IMG/VR virus record: IMGVR_UViG_3300029876_000020 | Coordinates: 1 to 37,965 of that record | DNA from: a virus | Length of the DNA stretch: 37,965 nt | Strand: one strand, 5' to 3' | Shown here: positions 32,065 to 37,965 of the stretch, one piece after another | Position numbering within the stretch: the first letter of the stretch is position 1 | Layout: each line of letters opens with the position of its first letter | Notes under the pieces: generated by a model | What the model was told of the DNA's origin: nothing | What the model saw: the letters and a program-made list of their open reading frames with translations, nothing else | Database searches by the model: none | Made by a program: the position numbers and the translations under genes

Positions 32065-32746
32065 TAAGACCATCTTAGACGTCTCCCGTTGGCAGGGCCG
32101 CATCGACTGGGACGCGGTGAAGCGCAGCGTCAAAATTGACGGCGTGATGCTTAAAGCCGTGTCCACCAACCGCAAGCTGAGCAAGCGCAAGGATGGGTTG
32201 TACATTGACCCGACATTTGAGCGCAACTATGCCGAATGCAAGCGCGTTGGTCTGCCGGTTGGCGTATACTACTACACCTACGCCACCGATAAAGAGATGG
32301 CAGACGCAGAGCTTGCCTTGCTCAAGACTGCCTTGACCGGAAAGACCTTTGAGCTGCCCATCAGCGTGGACGTGGAGGACAACAAAATCAAGAAGCTGTC
32401 CACACAGGCGCTGACCGACCTTGCCGCCTATGCGCTTGCTACGGTGGAGCGCTGGGGCTTTTATGCTCTGCTGTATGTCGGGCTAAATTTTGCGCAGACG
32501 GAGTTGTACATGGGTGGCGCGGCGCTGCGCAAGTACGATGTATGGCTGGCAAGATATCCCAGAGACAAGAGCAAGACCAAACCGGAGGACAAGCCCAAAA
32601 CAGACTTTTCCTTTGGGATGTGGCAGTACACCAGCACCGCCAGCGTGCCGGGCGTGAGCGGCTCGGTAGACCTGAGCCATGCGTATAAGGACTACGCCGC
32701 CATTATTGCGAAAAAGGGGCTTGACCGGCTCCGGGAGGGCGCATGA
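32057..32746 (+). CDS. GH25 muramidase endolysin
   Basis: ILDVSRWQGRIDWDAVK...GVYYYTYA...DVWLARY signature. Confidence 0.88.
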   Translation: MADKTILDVSRWQGRIDWDAVKRSVKIDGVMLKAVSTNRKLSKRKDGLYIDPTFERNYAECKRVGLPVGVYYYTYATDKEMADAELALLKTALTGKTFELPISVDVEDNKIKKLSTQALTDLAAYALATVERWGFYALLYVGLNFAQTELYMGGAALRKYDVWLARYPRDKSKTKPEDKPKTDFSFGMWQYTSTASVPGVSGSVDLSHAYKDYAAIIAKKGLDRLREGA

Positions 32747-33132
32747 GCGAAAAAGAAGCTTTACTGTGGGTTCTGGGCGTTCTTGGCAGCCTGTGCGCCG
32801 CTGCCATCACGGTCGACAAGGTGCTGGACATCATCCATAAGTACATCAAAAAGGCAAAAGCCCCTGACGATGCGCAGAACAAACGCATTGACGCCATTGA
32901 AAAGCGACTGGCTGCGGTAGAAACCGTTTCCACACAGCACGCCGCGGCCCTTAGACGCGACATGACGCGATTTGACGGCATCGATGAAGAAATGCGTCTC
33001 GTCCTTGTTGGCGTGCAGAACCTTCTGGATGCGCAACTGTCCGGCAACAACCGCGAAGGTATGCAAAAAAGCAAATCCGATATCAACAACTACCTGCTGA
33101 AAGGAGTAACAAATCATGGAAGCAATCCTTAA
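32743..33132 (+). CDS. N-terminally membrane-anchored coiled-coil protein (lysis-associated)
   Basis: One TM segment (LLWVLGVLGSLCAAAITV) followed by a coiled coil. ATGA overlap with the endolysin. Confidence 0.5.
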   Translation: MSEKEALLWVLGVLGSLCAAAITVDKVLDIIHKYIKKAKAPDDAQNKRIDAIEKRLAAVETVSTQHAAALRRDMTRFDGIDEEMRLVLVGVQNLLDAQLSGNNREGMQKSKSDINNYLLKGVTNHGSNP

Positions 33133-33457
33133 AACCATTCTCACACCCCTGCCCGCATGGCTGGCACTTGCGCTCATCGTTGTGGGCGCTGTTTCGCTTG
33201 TGCTGGGGCTTATCCGTCTGGGCTACGGCGCGGCGGTCAAAGGCACTGTGCTCGATCTCATTGCAAGGGCGGAGCACGAAATTCAGGGCACGAAGCGCGG
33301 CGCAGAACGCAAGGCGTGGTGCGTCAAGATGCTGCGTCACTATCTGGATAACAGCAAGTGGGGCAAGCTGGTCTCGTGGGCAATCACCGAAGAGACCATG
33401 AGCAAGGTGATTCAGTTTTTCTTTGACCGGGCAAGGGAAGCCCTGCAAAAGCAGTAA
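33116..33457 (+). CDS. Holin (LL-H-family-like)
   Basis: N-terminal TM segment (LPAWLALALIVVGAVSLVLGLI) followed by ...GTKRGAERKAWCV.... Confidence 0.5.
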   Translation: MEAILKTILTPLPAWLALALIVVGAVSLVLGLIRLGYGAAVKGTVLDLIARAEHEIQGTKRGAERKAWCVKMLRHYLDNSKWGKLVSWAITEETMSKVIQFFFDRAREALQKQ

Positions 33458-33467
33458 GGAGGATATC

Positions 33468-33746
33468 ATGGCAAGCACTACATACGAGCATTTTGTTGAC
33501 ACTAACAAAATGTACGCCGCACAAGAGCAATTTCGTGACATCACGAAAATGGTCTGCGCACGTTTTCGTGGACTCACGAAAACATGCCATTCTGCCGACG
33601 TTGTCAAAATGGTGACGTTTTGTCACCGGTTTGCCGTCATTGGCAATATGGTGCGCAACGCCGGAGAGCTGCCGCAGCCTTTCTGGCTCGGTGCTGCCCG
33701 TGGCGGCGGCTCGTATAGTCTTTCCGCCAGCGTTGCAAGGGCTTAA
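33468..33746 (+). CDS. Questionable ORF (92 aa) spanning the palindrome cluster
   Basis: Excellent RBS (AAGGAGGA). However, the 'protein' repeats xxxKM in step with the DNA palindromes, and the ORF overlaps the next ORF by 116 nt. Confidence 0.3.
   Translation: MASTTYEHFVDTNKMYAAQEQFRDITKMVCARFRGLTKTCHSADVVKMVTFCHRFAVIGNMVRNAGELPQPFWLGAARGGGSYSLSASVARA
33489..33646. repeat. Cluster of five inverted repeats
   Basis: CATTTTGTT-N6-AACAAAATG (33489-33512); TTTCGTGA-ca-TCACGAAA (33531-33548); GTTTTCGTG-gact-CACGAAAAC (33562-33583); GGTGAC-gtttt-GTCACC (33611-33627); TTGCC-N6-GGCAA (33631-33646). Confidence 0.9.
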
Positions 33747-33924
33747 TGCAGAACAGATAAAAGCTGTGATAAAACGTGCGCCGCTTGGGAGGTATGACCG
33801 GAAAATCGCCCGGTTGCGGTACGTTGATCAGCTATGCCAAGTTGATATTGCAGCGCGTGTGCCGTATTGTCGGACATCAATCGGCAATAGACTGAAAATT
33901 ATTAATAAAATGCTGAATGTGTGA
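33631..33924 (+). CDS. Small sigma-region-4/LuxR-like HTH protein (start uncertain)
   Basis: C-terminal LNAEQIKAVIKR...RKIARLRYVDQLCQVDIAARVPYCRTSIGNRLKIINKML. There is no convincing RBS for any candidate start. Confidence 0.45.
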   Translation: MPSLAIWCATPESCRSLSGSVLPVAAARIVFPPALQGLNAEQIKAVIKRAPLGRYDRKIARLRYVDQLCQVDIAARVPYCRTSIGNRLKIINKMLNV

Positions 33925-33994
33925 AAAAATCCCCTGCTTTGCCGAAGCCCTGCGTTCCACGCGAGGTACTTTGTAAGCGAAGCGGGGGATTTTT
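33924..33994. terminator. Bidirectional terminator between convergent genes
   Basis: AAAAATCCCC (33925-33934) / GGGGATTTTT (33985-33994), with an inner GCTT..AAGC extension. Confidence 0.6.
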
Positions 33995-33998
33995 AGTT

Positions 33999-34322
33999 TT
34001 ACAGAAGATTATAATGCTCAGCCAGCAAAAAGCGGACGTATGCCGGGCAGTCCCGGCTTCCGGCGCACCAGTTCTGCACCGTGCGCAGCGGAATGCCCGC
34101 CCGCTTTGCAAAGGCGGTCTGTGACAGGCCAGTACGATCTACCAGTTCCCGCATGGACAGGTGCGCCAGATCCCAGATGACGGACAGCCGCTCCTTCTCG
34201 GCGTCCAGATCAATGCAGTCGGAAGCATCGTCCGGGACGCTAAGGGTGATGCTGTTGAGGAACGCTGCCATGGATGCTTCCGGGTCGGCAGCCATATTAA
34301 AAAGTTCAGCACTGGTATACAT
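33999..34322 (-). CDS. HTH DNA-binding protein (aca-like position)
   Basis: LSMRELVDRTGLSQTAFAKRAGIPLRTVQNWCAGSRDCPAYV. Start at ATG 34322 after AAAGGAAG. Confidence 0.7.
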   Translation of the reverse strand: MYTSAELFNMAADPEASMAAFLNSITLSVPDDASDCIDLDAEKERLSVIWDLAHLSMRELVDRTGLSQTAFAKRAGIPLRTVQNWCAGSRDCPAYVRFLLAEHYNLL

Positions 34323-34374
34323 AGTTGACTTCCTTTCTTTCGTGTGATAGGATAATCGTACACCTCCATGTGAG

Positions 34375-34386
34375 GTGTCTTTCACT
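34375..34386 (-). repeat. 12-mer AGTGAAAGACAC (minus strand) in the leader of the HTH gene
   Basis: Identical 12-mer at 35152-35163. Confidence 0.85.
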
Positions 34387-34431
34387 AAGGTCCCCTAGTC
34401 GGTGTTCGTGCGCCGTCTGGGGGACTTTTCT

Positions 34432-34716
34432 TTACTCCATATCTTCCAGAGCTTCAAGATACTTCGGGTAAAGGTCTTCCACGACGGCCTGTCTCTCAAC
34501 GTCGTCCATACTGCCGTTCATGAGTGCCTCGCCCTCTTCATCGGAGAGTTCGATGCTGGTAGTGACCATCAGGTCGCGAGCGTCCAGATGAGAGGTCTTG
34601 ACGTCGCCATCATCGGTGAGGTGCGCGTAGATCATCCAAACGCCGTTGTCGTACTCAATTTCGGTACCGGTGGCCATGACCTTAGTGGCAAACTCGTCAG
34701 CAGTTAACTTTTTCAT
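34432..34716 (-). CDS. Small, highly acidic protein (94 aa)
   Basis: About a quarter of residues are D/E by my count, and few are basic. RBS AGAGGTGA. Confidence 0.65.
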   Translation of the reverse strand: MKKLTADEFATKVMATGTEIEYDNGVWMIYAHLTDDGDVKTSHLDARDLMVTTSIELSDEEGEALMNGSMDDVERQAVVEDLYPKYLEALEDME

Positions 34717-34732
34717 TTTGGTCACCTCTTTC

Positions 34733-35125
34733 TTACAAAGCAAATGCTTTCGTCAGGGATTCATTGACGGATGCAGCAGACTTGGACAGCCCGGTGTGGA
34801 TAGTCCAATCAGCCAGATCGAGATAAGCACCGTACAGAGCGTTGAGAACCCGGCCACACTCGGCGTTGGAGATCTCCTCACCGTTGAGATTTGCCGAGCG
34901 GATGTTGCCGGAGTTATAGGTGCAATAGGTCAGGCCGATGATGGACTTCCCGGCTTCGTTCAGGTACAGGCGAGACTTGCTGCCCCTTTCCCAAACACGA
35001 GCACCAAGCACCATGGCTTTTGCAATTCGCCATGCTTTCTTCAGAGCTTCGCTCATGGTGATCTTCGCGGCCTTGCGGATCTTCCAAGCGGTGTTCATGA
35101 TGTCGTGCAGGTTGAAGTTTTTCAT
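34733..35125 (-). CDS. Hypothetical protein (130 aa)
   Basis: RBS GGAGGA 7 nt upstream. First gene behind the strong promoter. Confidence 0.65.
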   Translation of the reverse strand: MKNFNLHDIMNTAWKIRKAAKITMSEALKKAWRIAKAMVLGARVWERGSKSRLYLNEAGKSIIGLTYCTYNSGNIRSANLNGEEISNAECGRVLNALYGAYLDLADWTIHTGLSKSAASVNESLTKAFAL

Positions 35126-35151
35126 TTTTCGTTCCTCCGTTGTGGTTTCAT

Positions 35152-35163
35152 GTGTCTTTCACT
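35152..35163 (-). repeat. 12-mer AGTGAAAGACAC at the predicted transcription start of the minus-strand operon
   Basis: Identical to 34375-34386. It begins ~7 nt downstream of the -10. Confidence 0.85.
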
Positions 35164-35169
35164 GTCTAT

Positions 35170-35198
35170 AGTATACACCCACTGGGTGCAAAAGTCAA
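35170..35198 (-). promoter_or_regulatory. Near-consensus promoter TTGACT-17-TATACT with the palindrome CACCC-AGT-GGGTG in the spacer
   Basis: The reverse complement of 35170-35198 reads TTGACTTTTGCACCCAGTGGGTGTATACT. Confidence 0.7.
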
Positions 35199-35240
35199 GC
35201 GTTTTTCAAAAATTTTATACTCATTGAACGTATTTTTTTA

Positions 35241-35282
35241 CCCTCACGCTGCCCTTTGCAGTGTGAGGGCTTTTCTTTTTTG
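35241..35282 (+). terminator. Intrinsic terminator in the leader of the plus-strand cargo operon
   Basis: CCCTCACGCTG / CAGTGTGAGGG 11-bp stem (one G-U pair), 7-nt loop, then CTTTTCTTTTTT. Confidence 0.7.
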
Positions 35283-35357
35283 TCCTTCGTTGTACCTTCG
35301 TTGTCTCTCGCTTTCCGGGAAAGAGATAAAATCATCCCAGAAGAAAGGGGGATCTAT

Positions 35358-35804
35358 ATGGGATATCCTTATGAAGGATGGCGGCCCGGCCCGTACGGGT
35401 CGCAGCCTATGAGTAGCTACGGGCAGAACCAGTACATGCCGCAGATGCAGGGACAGACAGGCCAGATGGCCGCACAAAACCCGTTTACCATGGTGCCAAC
35501 TATCGCAGACGTGGACAAGGTCATGGTACAGCCCGGCGAAACGCGCTGGATTATGGTGCAAAACGAGCCTGTCATGGCTGTCAAAAAGGCAGACACGATG
35601 GGCTACGCATCCGGCGAGTACTACCGCCTGACAAAGATCGACCCGGCGGCGATGCAGACACCGGCAGAGACGCAGTATCTAACCTCTGCGCAAGCAGATC
35701 AGAAGATACAGGCTGCCGTAAAGGCCGAGGTAGAGCGTGTGATGGCGCAGTATCAGACTGCCCCGGCGGCTCCTGCAAGGCCCGCAAGGGCAAAGGAGGG
35801 TTAA
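35358..35804 (+). CDS. Hypothetical protein with a Q/M/P/G/Y-rich N-terminus
   Basis: MGYPYEGWRPGPYGSQPMSSYGQNQYMPQMQGQTGQMAAQNPF... RBS AAAGGGGGA. Confidence 0.6.
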   Translation: MGYPYEGWRPGPYGSQPMSSYGQNQYMPQMQGQTGQMAAQNPFTMVPTIADVDKVMVQPGETRWIMVQNEPVMAVKKADTMGYASGEYYRLTKIDPAAMQTPAETQYLTSAQADQKIQAAVKAEVERVMAQYQTAPAAPARPARAKEG

Positions 35805-35807
35805 GGT

Positions 35808-36035
35808 ATGGCAAATCCTTTGATGCGCTTCCTAGGCGGCACCTCCGGCTCATCTATGCCCGGCCCGATGGGCAATGTGATGCAGATTTTGCAGCAGTTC
35901 CAGCAGTTCCGGGCCTCTTTTAAGGGCGACCCGAAGCAACAGGTGGAGATGCTGCGCAAGTCCGGCAAAATGTCAGATGAGCAGTACCACCAGCTAGAAG
36001 CGATGGCGAAACAGATCATGCCCTTCCTCAAGTAG
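35808..36035 (+). CDS. Hypothetical protein (75 aa)
   Basis: ORF with AAGGAGGG upstream. Confidence 0.6.
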   Translation: MANPLMRFLGGTSGSSMPGPMGNVMQILQQFQQFRASFKGDPKQQVEMLRKSGKMSDEQYHQLEAMAKQIMPFLK

Positions 36036-36041
36036 TCGGAG

Positions 36042-36057
36042 AGTTGTGCGCACAACT
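36042..36057. promoter_or_regulatory. Perfect 16-bp palindrome AGTTGTGCGCACAACT
   Basis: Self-complementary over all 16 positions. It lies in an intergenic gap inside the cargo operon. Confidence 0.5.
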
Positions 36058-36095
36058 TGAAATATATTCACAATTCGCAAGAAAGGAAATCAACT

Positions 36096-36737
36096 ATGGA
36101 TAACATGTCTTTGAGCGATATCGCTGCCGTGACCCGTGGCAACGATAACGACGGCTGGGGACAGGGCGGCGCGTGGTGGATCATCATCCTCTTCCTGTTC
36201 GTCTTTATGGGCGGCGGTGGCCTGTGGGGCAACCGTCAGGGCGAGTATGGTCAGTATGCCACTGCGGCAAGCCAGCAGGAGATCCTCTATGGCCAGCAGT
36301 TCGGCCAGATCAACGACCGCCTGACCAACATCGGCAACGGTATCTGTAATCTCGGCTATGAGATGCAGGGCAACATCGGCCAGCTCGGCAAGGAAGTTGC
36401 TCTGGCACAGGCTGGTACCAACACCACCATCCTCCAGACCGGTAACAACATCCAGAGCCAGCTCGCACAGTGCTGCTGCGACAACCGTCTGGCAACGGCC
36501 AATCTGTCCGCTCAGATGGACAAGCAGACCTGCGCGATCAACTCCAACATTGACGCGAAGTTTGCCGAGCTGCAGAAGCAGCAGTATGAGCAGACCATCG
36601 CGGCCCAGAATCAGCGGATCAGCCAGCTGGAACTGGCCTCCCAGATGTACGGCGTTGTGAAGTACCCAAACGGCTACTCCTACAATGCGGGTCCGAGCCC
36701 CTTCTGCGGCTGCAATAACGGCTGCGGAAACATCTAA
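36096..36737 (+). CDS. Membrane-anchored coiled-coil protein with a Cys-rich C-terminus
   Basis: TM segment GAWWIIILFLFVFMGGGGLW, Q/N-rich helical repeats, a CCC motif, and the ending FCGCNNGCGNI. Confidence 0.6.
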   Translation: MDNMSLSDIAAVTRGNDNDGWGQGGAWWIIILFLFVFMGGGGLWGNRQGEYGQYATAASQQEILYGQQFGQINDRLTNIGNGICNLGYEMQGNIGQLGKEVALAQAGTNTTILQTGNNIQSQLAQCCCDNRLATANLSAQMDKQTCAINSNIDAKFAELQKQQYEQTIAAQNQRISQLELASQMYGVVKYPNGYSYNAGPSPFCGCNNGCGNI

Positions 36738-36763
36738 CACATACGCCCTTTAGGCGAGGATTG

Positions 36764-36796
36764 GCGGGGCGGCAAAAGCTGCTCCGCTTATTTTTT
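36764..36796 (+). terminator. Intrinsic terminator immediately upstream of the RBS of the 36812 gene
   Basis: GCGGGGCGGC-aaaa-GCTGCTCCGC (10 bp, two G-U pairs), then TTATTTTTT. Confidence 0.65.
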
Positions 36797-36811
36797 AAGG
36801 AGGATATGACT

Positions 36812-37210
36812 ATGTCTAGGTCTGCTATCTATACCGCCAACACCACCCCCACCGCGCTCGCGGTCGGCAACATCATCCCCGTGGGAACCACGGTGCGCCG
36901 TTTTGGCCAGTGCATCCGGCAGGACGGCAACACCATCACGCTGGCCGGGCCCGGCTACTATCTGGTCAACGCCTCGGCCACCGTCGCACCCACCGCCGCC
37001 GGTACGGTCTCCGTTACCGGCCAGAAGGACGGCGTCGCTGTGATCGGTGCCACTGCGGCCGCCACTACGACCGTAGCAGCCGAATCGGCAAACCTGTCTC
37101 TCGATTTTATCGTCCGCAATGTCGGCTGCGGCAGTTCCATCCTGTCCTTTGCGCTGGGCGGCGCAGAATCTACGGTCTCCAATCTGGCCGTGACCGTCAC
37201 CAAGCTGTGA
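36812..37210 (+). CDS. Small all-beta protein, possibly a BclA-C-terminal/TNF-like jelly roll
   Basis: ...GPGYYLVNASATVAPTAAGTVSVTGQKDGVAVIGA...ANLSLDFIV... pattern. RBS AAGGAGGA. The fold assignment is a guess. Confidence 0.55.
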   Translation: MSRSAIYTANTTPTALAVGNIIPVGTTVRRFGQCIRQDGNTITLAGPGYYLVNASATVAPTAAGTVSVTGQKDGVAVIGATAAATTTVAAESANLSLDFIVRNVGCGSSILSFALGGAESTVSNLAVTVTKL

Positions 37211-37223
37211 GGAGGTAACTGCC

Positions 37224-37733
37224 ATGTGTTACGATAATCTACGTGCACGCATGTGCAAGGAGCTTCATGATATCGAGGAGCGGGGGACGTTCTGCCGCTG
37301 TGATCTCGACGACGCCCACAAGCTGATTGAAAGCATCTGCGGCCTCGACGCCATGTCTGCCCCCGCTGAAGAGCACCACAAGGCCGACAAGCACGAAACC
37401 GCCCACGTTGAGCACGCCGCCCATCCGGCACACCTCACCCTAGAGGACGCGAAGCGCTGGACGTCCAAAATGCAAAACGCCGACGGCACCACCGGCTCCC
37501 ACTGGACGCCGGATCAGACCAGCGCCGTGATGTCTCAGCGCGGCCTCTCCTACGACAAGGCGGATTTCTACGCCGCCATGAATATGATGTTTTCCGATTA
37601 CTGCATGGTTGCCAAGTCCTACGGCATCGATACCGCGAACTTTTACGCAGACCTCGCCGCCGCCTTTTTGACGGACAAGGACGCCGTGCCCGGTAAGATC
37701 GTGAAGTACTGGGAGACTATCGCGAGCGGCTGA
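37224..37733 (+). CDS. Hypothetical protein with a His-rich linker
   Basis: ...EEHHKADKHETAHVEHAAHPAH... then WTSKMQNADGTTGSHWTPDQT. RBS GGAGG. Confidence 0.6.
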   Translation: MCYDNLRARMCKELHDIEERGTFCRCDLDDAHKLIESICGLDAMSAPAEEHHKADKHETAHVEHAAHPAHLTLEDAKRWTSKMQNADGTTGSHWTPDQTSAVMSQRGLSYDKADFYAAMNMMFSDYCMVAKSYGIDTANFYADLAAAFLTDKDAVPGKIVKYWETIASG

Positions 37734-37740
37734 AGTGCTC

Positions 37741-37762
37741 TGACTACTTTTTGACTACTTTT
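37741..37762 (+). repeat. TGACTACTTTTTGACTACTTTT; partner of 131..152. Candidate integrase arm-type sites.
   Basis: 21/22 identical to 131-152. The two copies flank the ~190-bp attP-like core region in the circular map. Confidence 0.45.
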
Positions 37763-37787
37763 CGCACGTCAAAAGCTGAGACTATGC

Positions 37788-37807
37788 GTTAGTATCTGTT
37801 AGTATCT
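37788..37807 (+). repeat. Tandem GTTAGTATCT x2
   Basis: Seen directly in the sequence, inside the attP-like region. Confidence 0.85.
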
Positions 37808-37965
37808 GCAATTCAAAATCAACACAAAAAAGCGCATGACTGCTAAAAATCCAGCAATCATGCGCTTTTTCCTATAATTGCGCCAGCAGGAGTCGAACCT
37901 TTTGCGCATATCGTCTTTTCGTTATTTTATTGTTTTTGACTACTTCTTGACTACTTTTATTTATC
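37807..37965. repeat. Direct terminal repeat, copy 2 (identical to 1..159)
   Basis: Base-for-base identity. Confidence 0.95.

Larger units (their letters stand above)
1..37806. mobile_element. Complete temperate siphovirus-type phage genome (HK97-fold capsid, HNH/cos-type packaging module), one unit length
   Basis: Canonical modular order: integrase, repressor/cro, recombination/replication, parAB, late regulator, tRNAs, HNH-terS-terL-portal-protease-capsid, tail, lysis, cargo. The window ends are an exact 159-bp repeat. Confidence 0.85.

Noticed and set aside
33531-33583. The palindromes TTTCGTGA..TCACGAAA as canonical chromosomal-type parS sites
   Set aside because: The half-sites do not match TGTTNCACGTGAAACA; the base order within the half-site differs. 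A phage-specific centromere remains possible but is not claimed.

Overview
The window is one complete unit of a temperate siphovirus-type phage genome of about 37.8 kb. Bases 1-159 are repeated exactly at 37807-37965, so the contig is circularly closed or terminally redundant rather than a prophage with host flanks. Reading left to right: (1) an attP-like region and a tyrosine integrase; (2) two divergent HTH-regulator switches separated by an AT-rich island on the minus strand (lipoprotein plus Zn-ribbon/SHOCT protein); (3) an early operon with small membrane proteins, a possible Rad52-like annealase, NinB, SSB, and a DnaD-like replisome organizer carrying an iteron-type origin inside its own gene; (4) a tightly coupled ParA-X-ParB operon; (5) a sigma-r4/RinA-like candidate late regulator; (6) an AT-rich cassette bracketed by a duplicated gene junction; (7) a 9x9-bp TGTCCG repeat array abutting an extended -10 promoter; (8) an aberrant tRNA-like gene and a tRNA-Lys; (9) HNH-terS-terL-portal-ClpP protease-HK97-type capsid, then connector, tail and tape-measure genes with a -1 frameshift chaperone, Dit, Tal and fibres; (10) a GH25 endolysin and holin; (11) a cluster of palindromes; (12) a minus-strand operon with anti-CRISPR/aca-like architecture; (13) a five-gene cargo operon of unknown function next to attP. 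The features I would follow up are the tRNA-like gene with a ~67-nt insertion, the TGTCCG array, the family of GTGTCCA-N3-TGGACAC hairpins, the many intrinsic terminators sitting directly upstream of co-oriented genes (this suggests processive antitermination), the acr-aca-like operon, the palindrome cluster, ParA-X-ParB in a phage that also has an integrase, and the cargo operon. All functional calls come from motif recognition by eye, gene order and RBS/start inspection. No database search was run. The host is probably a high-GC Clostridia-like Firmicute, judged from strong AGGAGG ribosome-binding sites and GC-rich coding; this is inference only.
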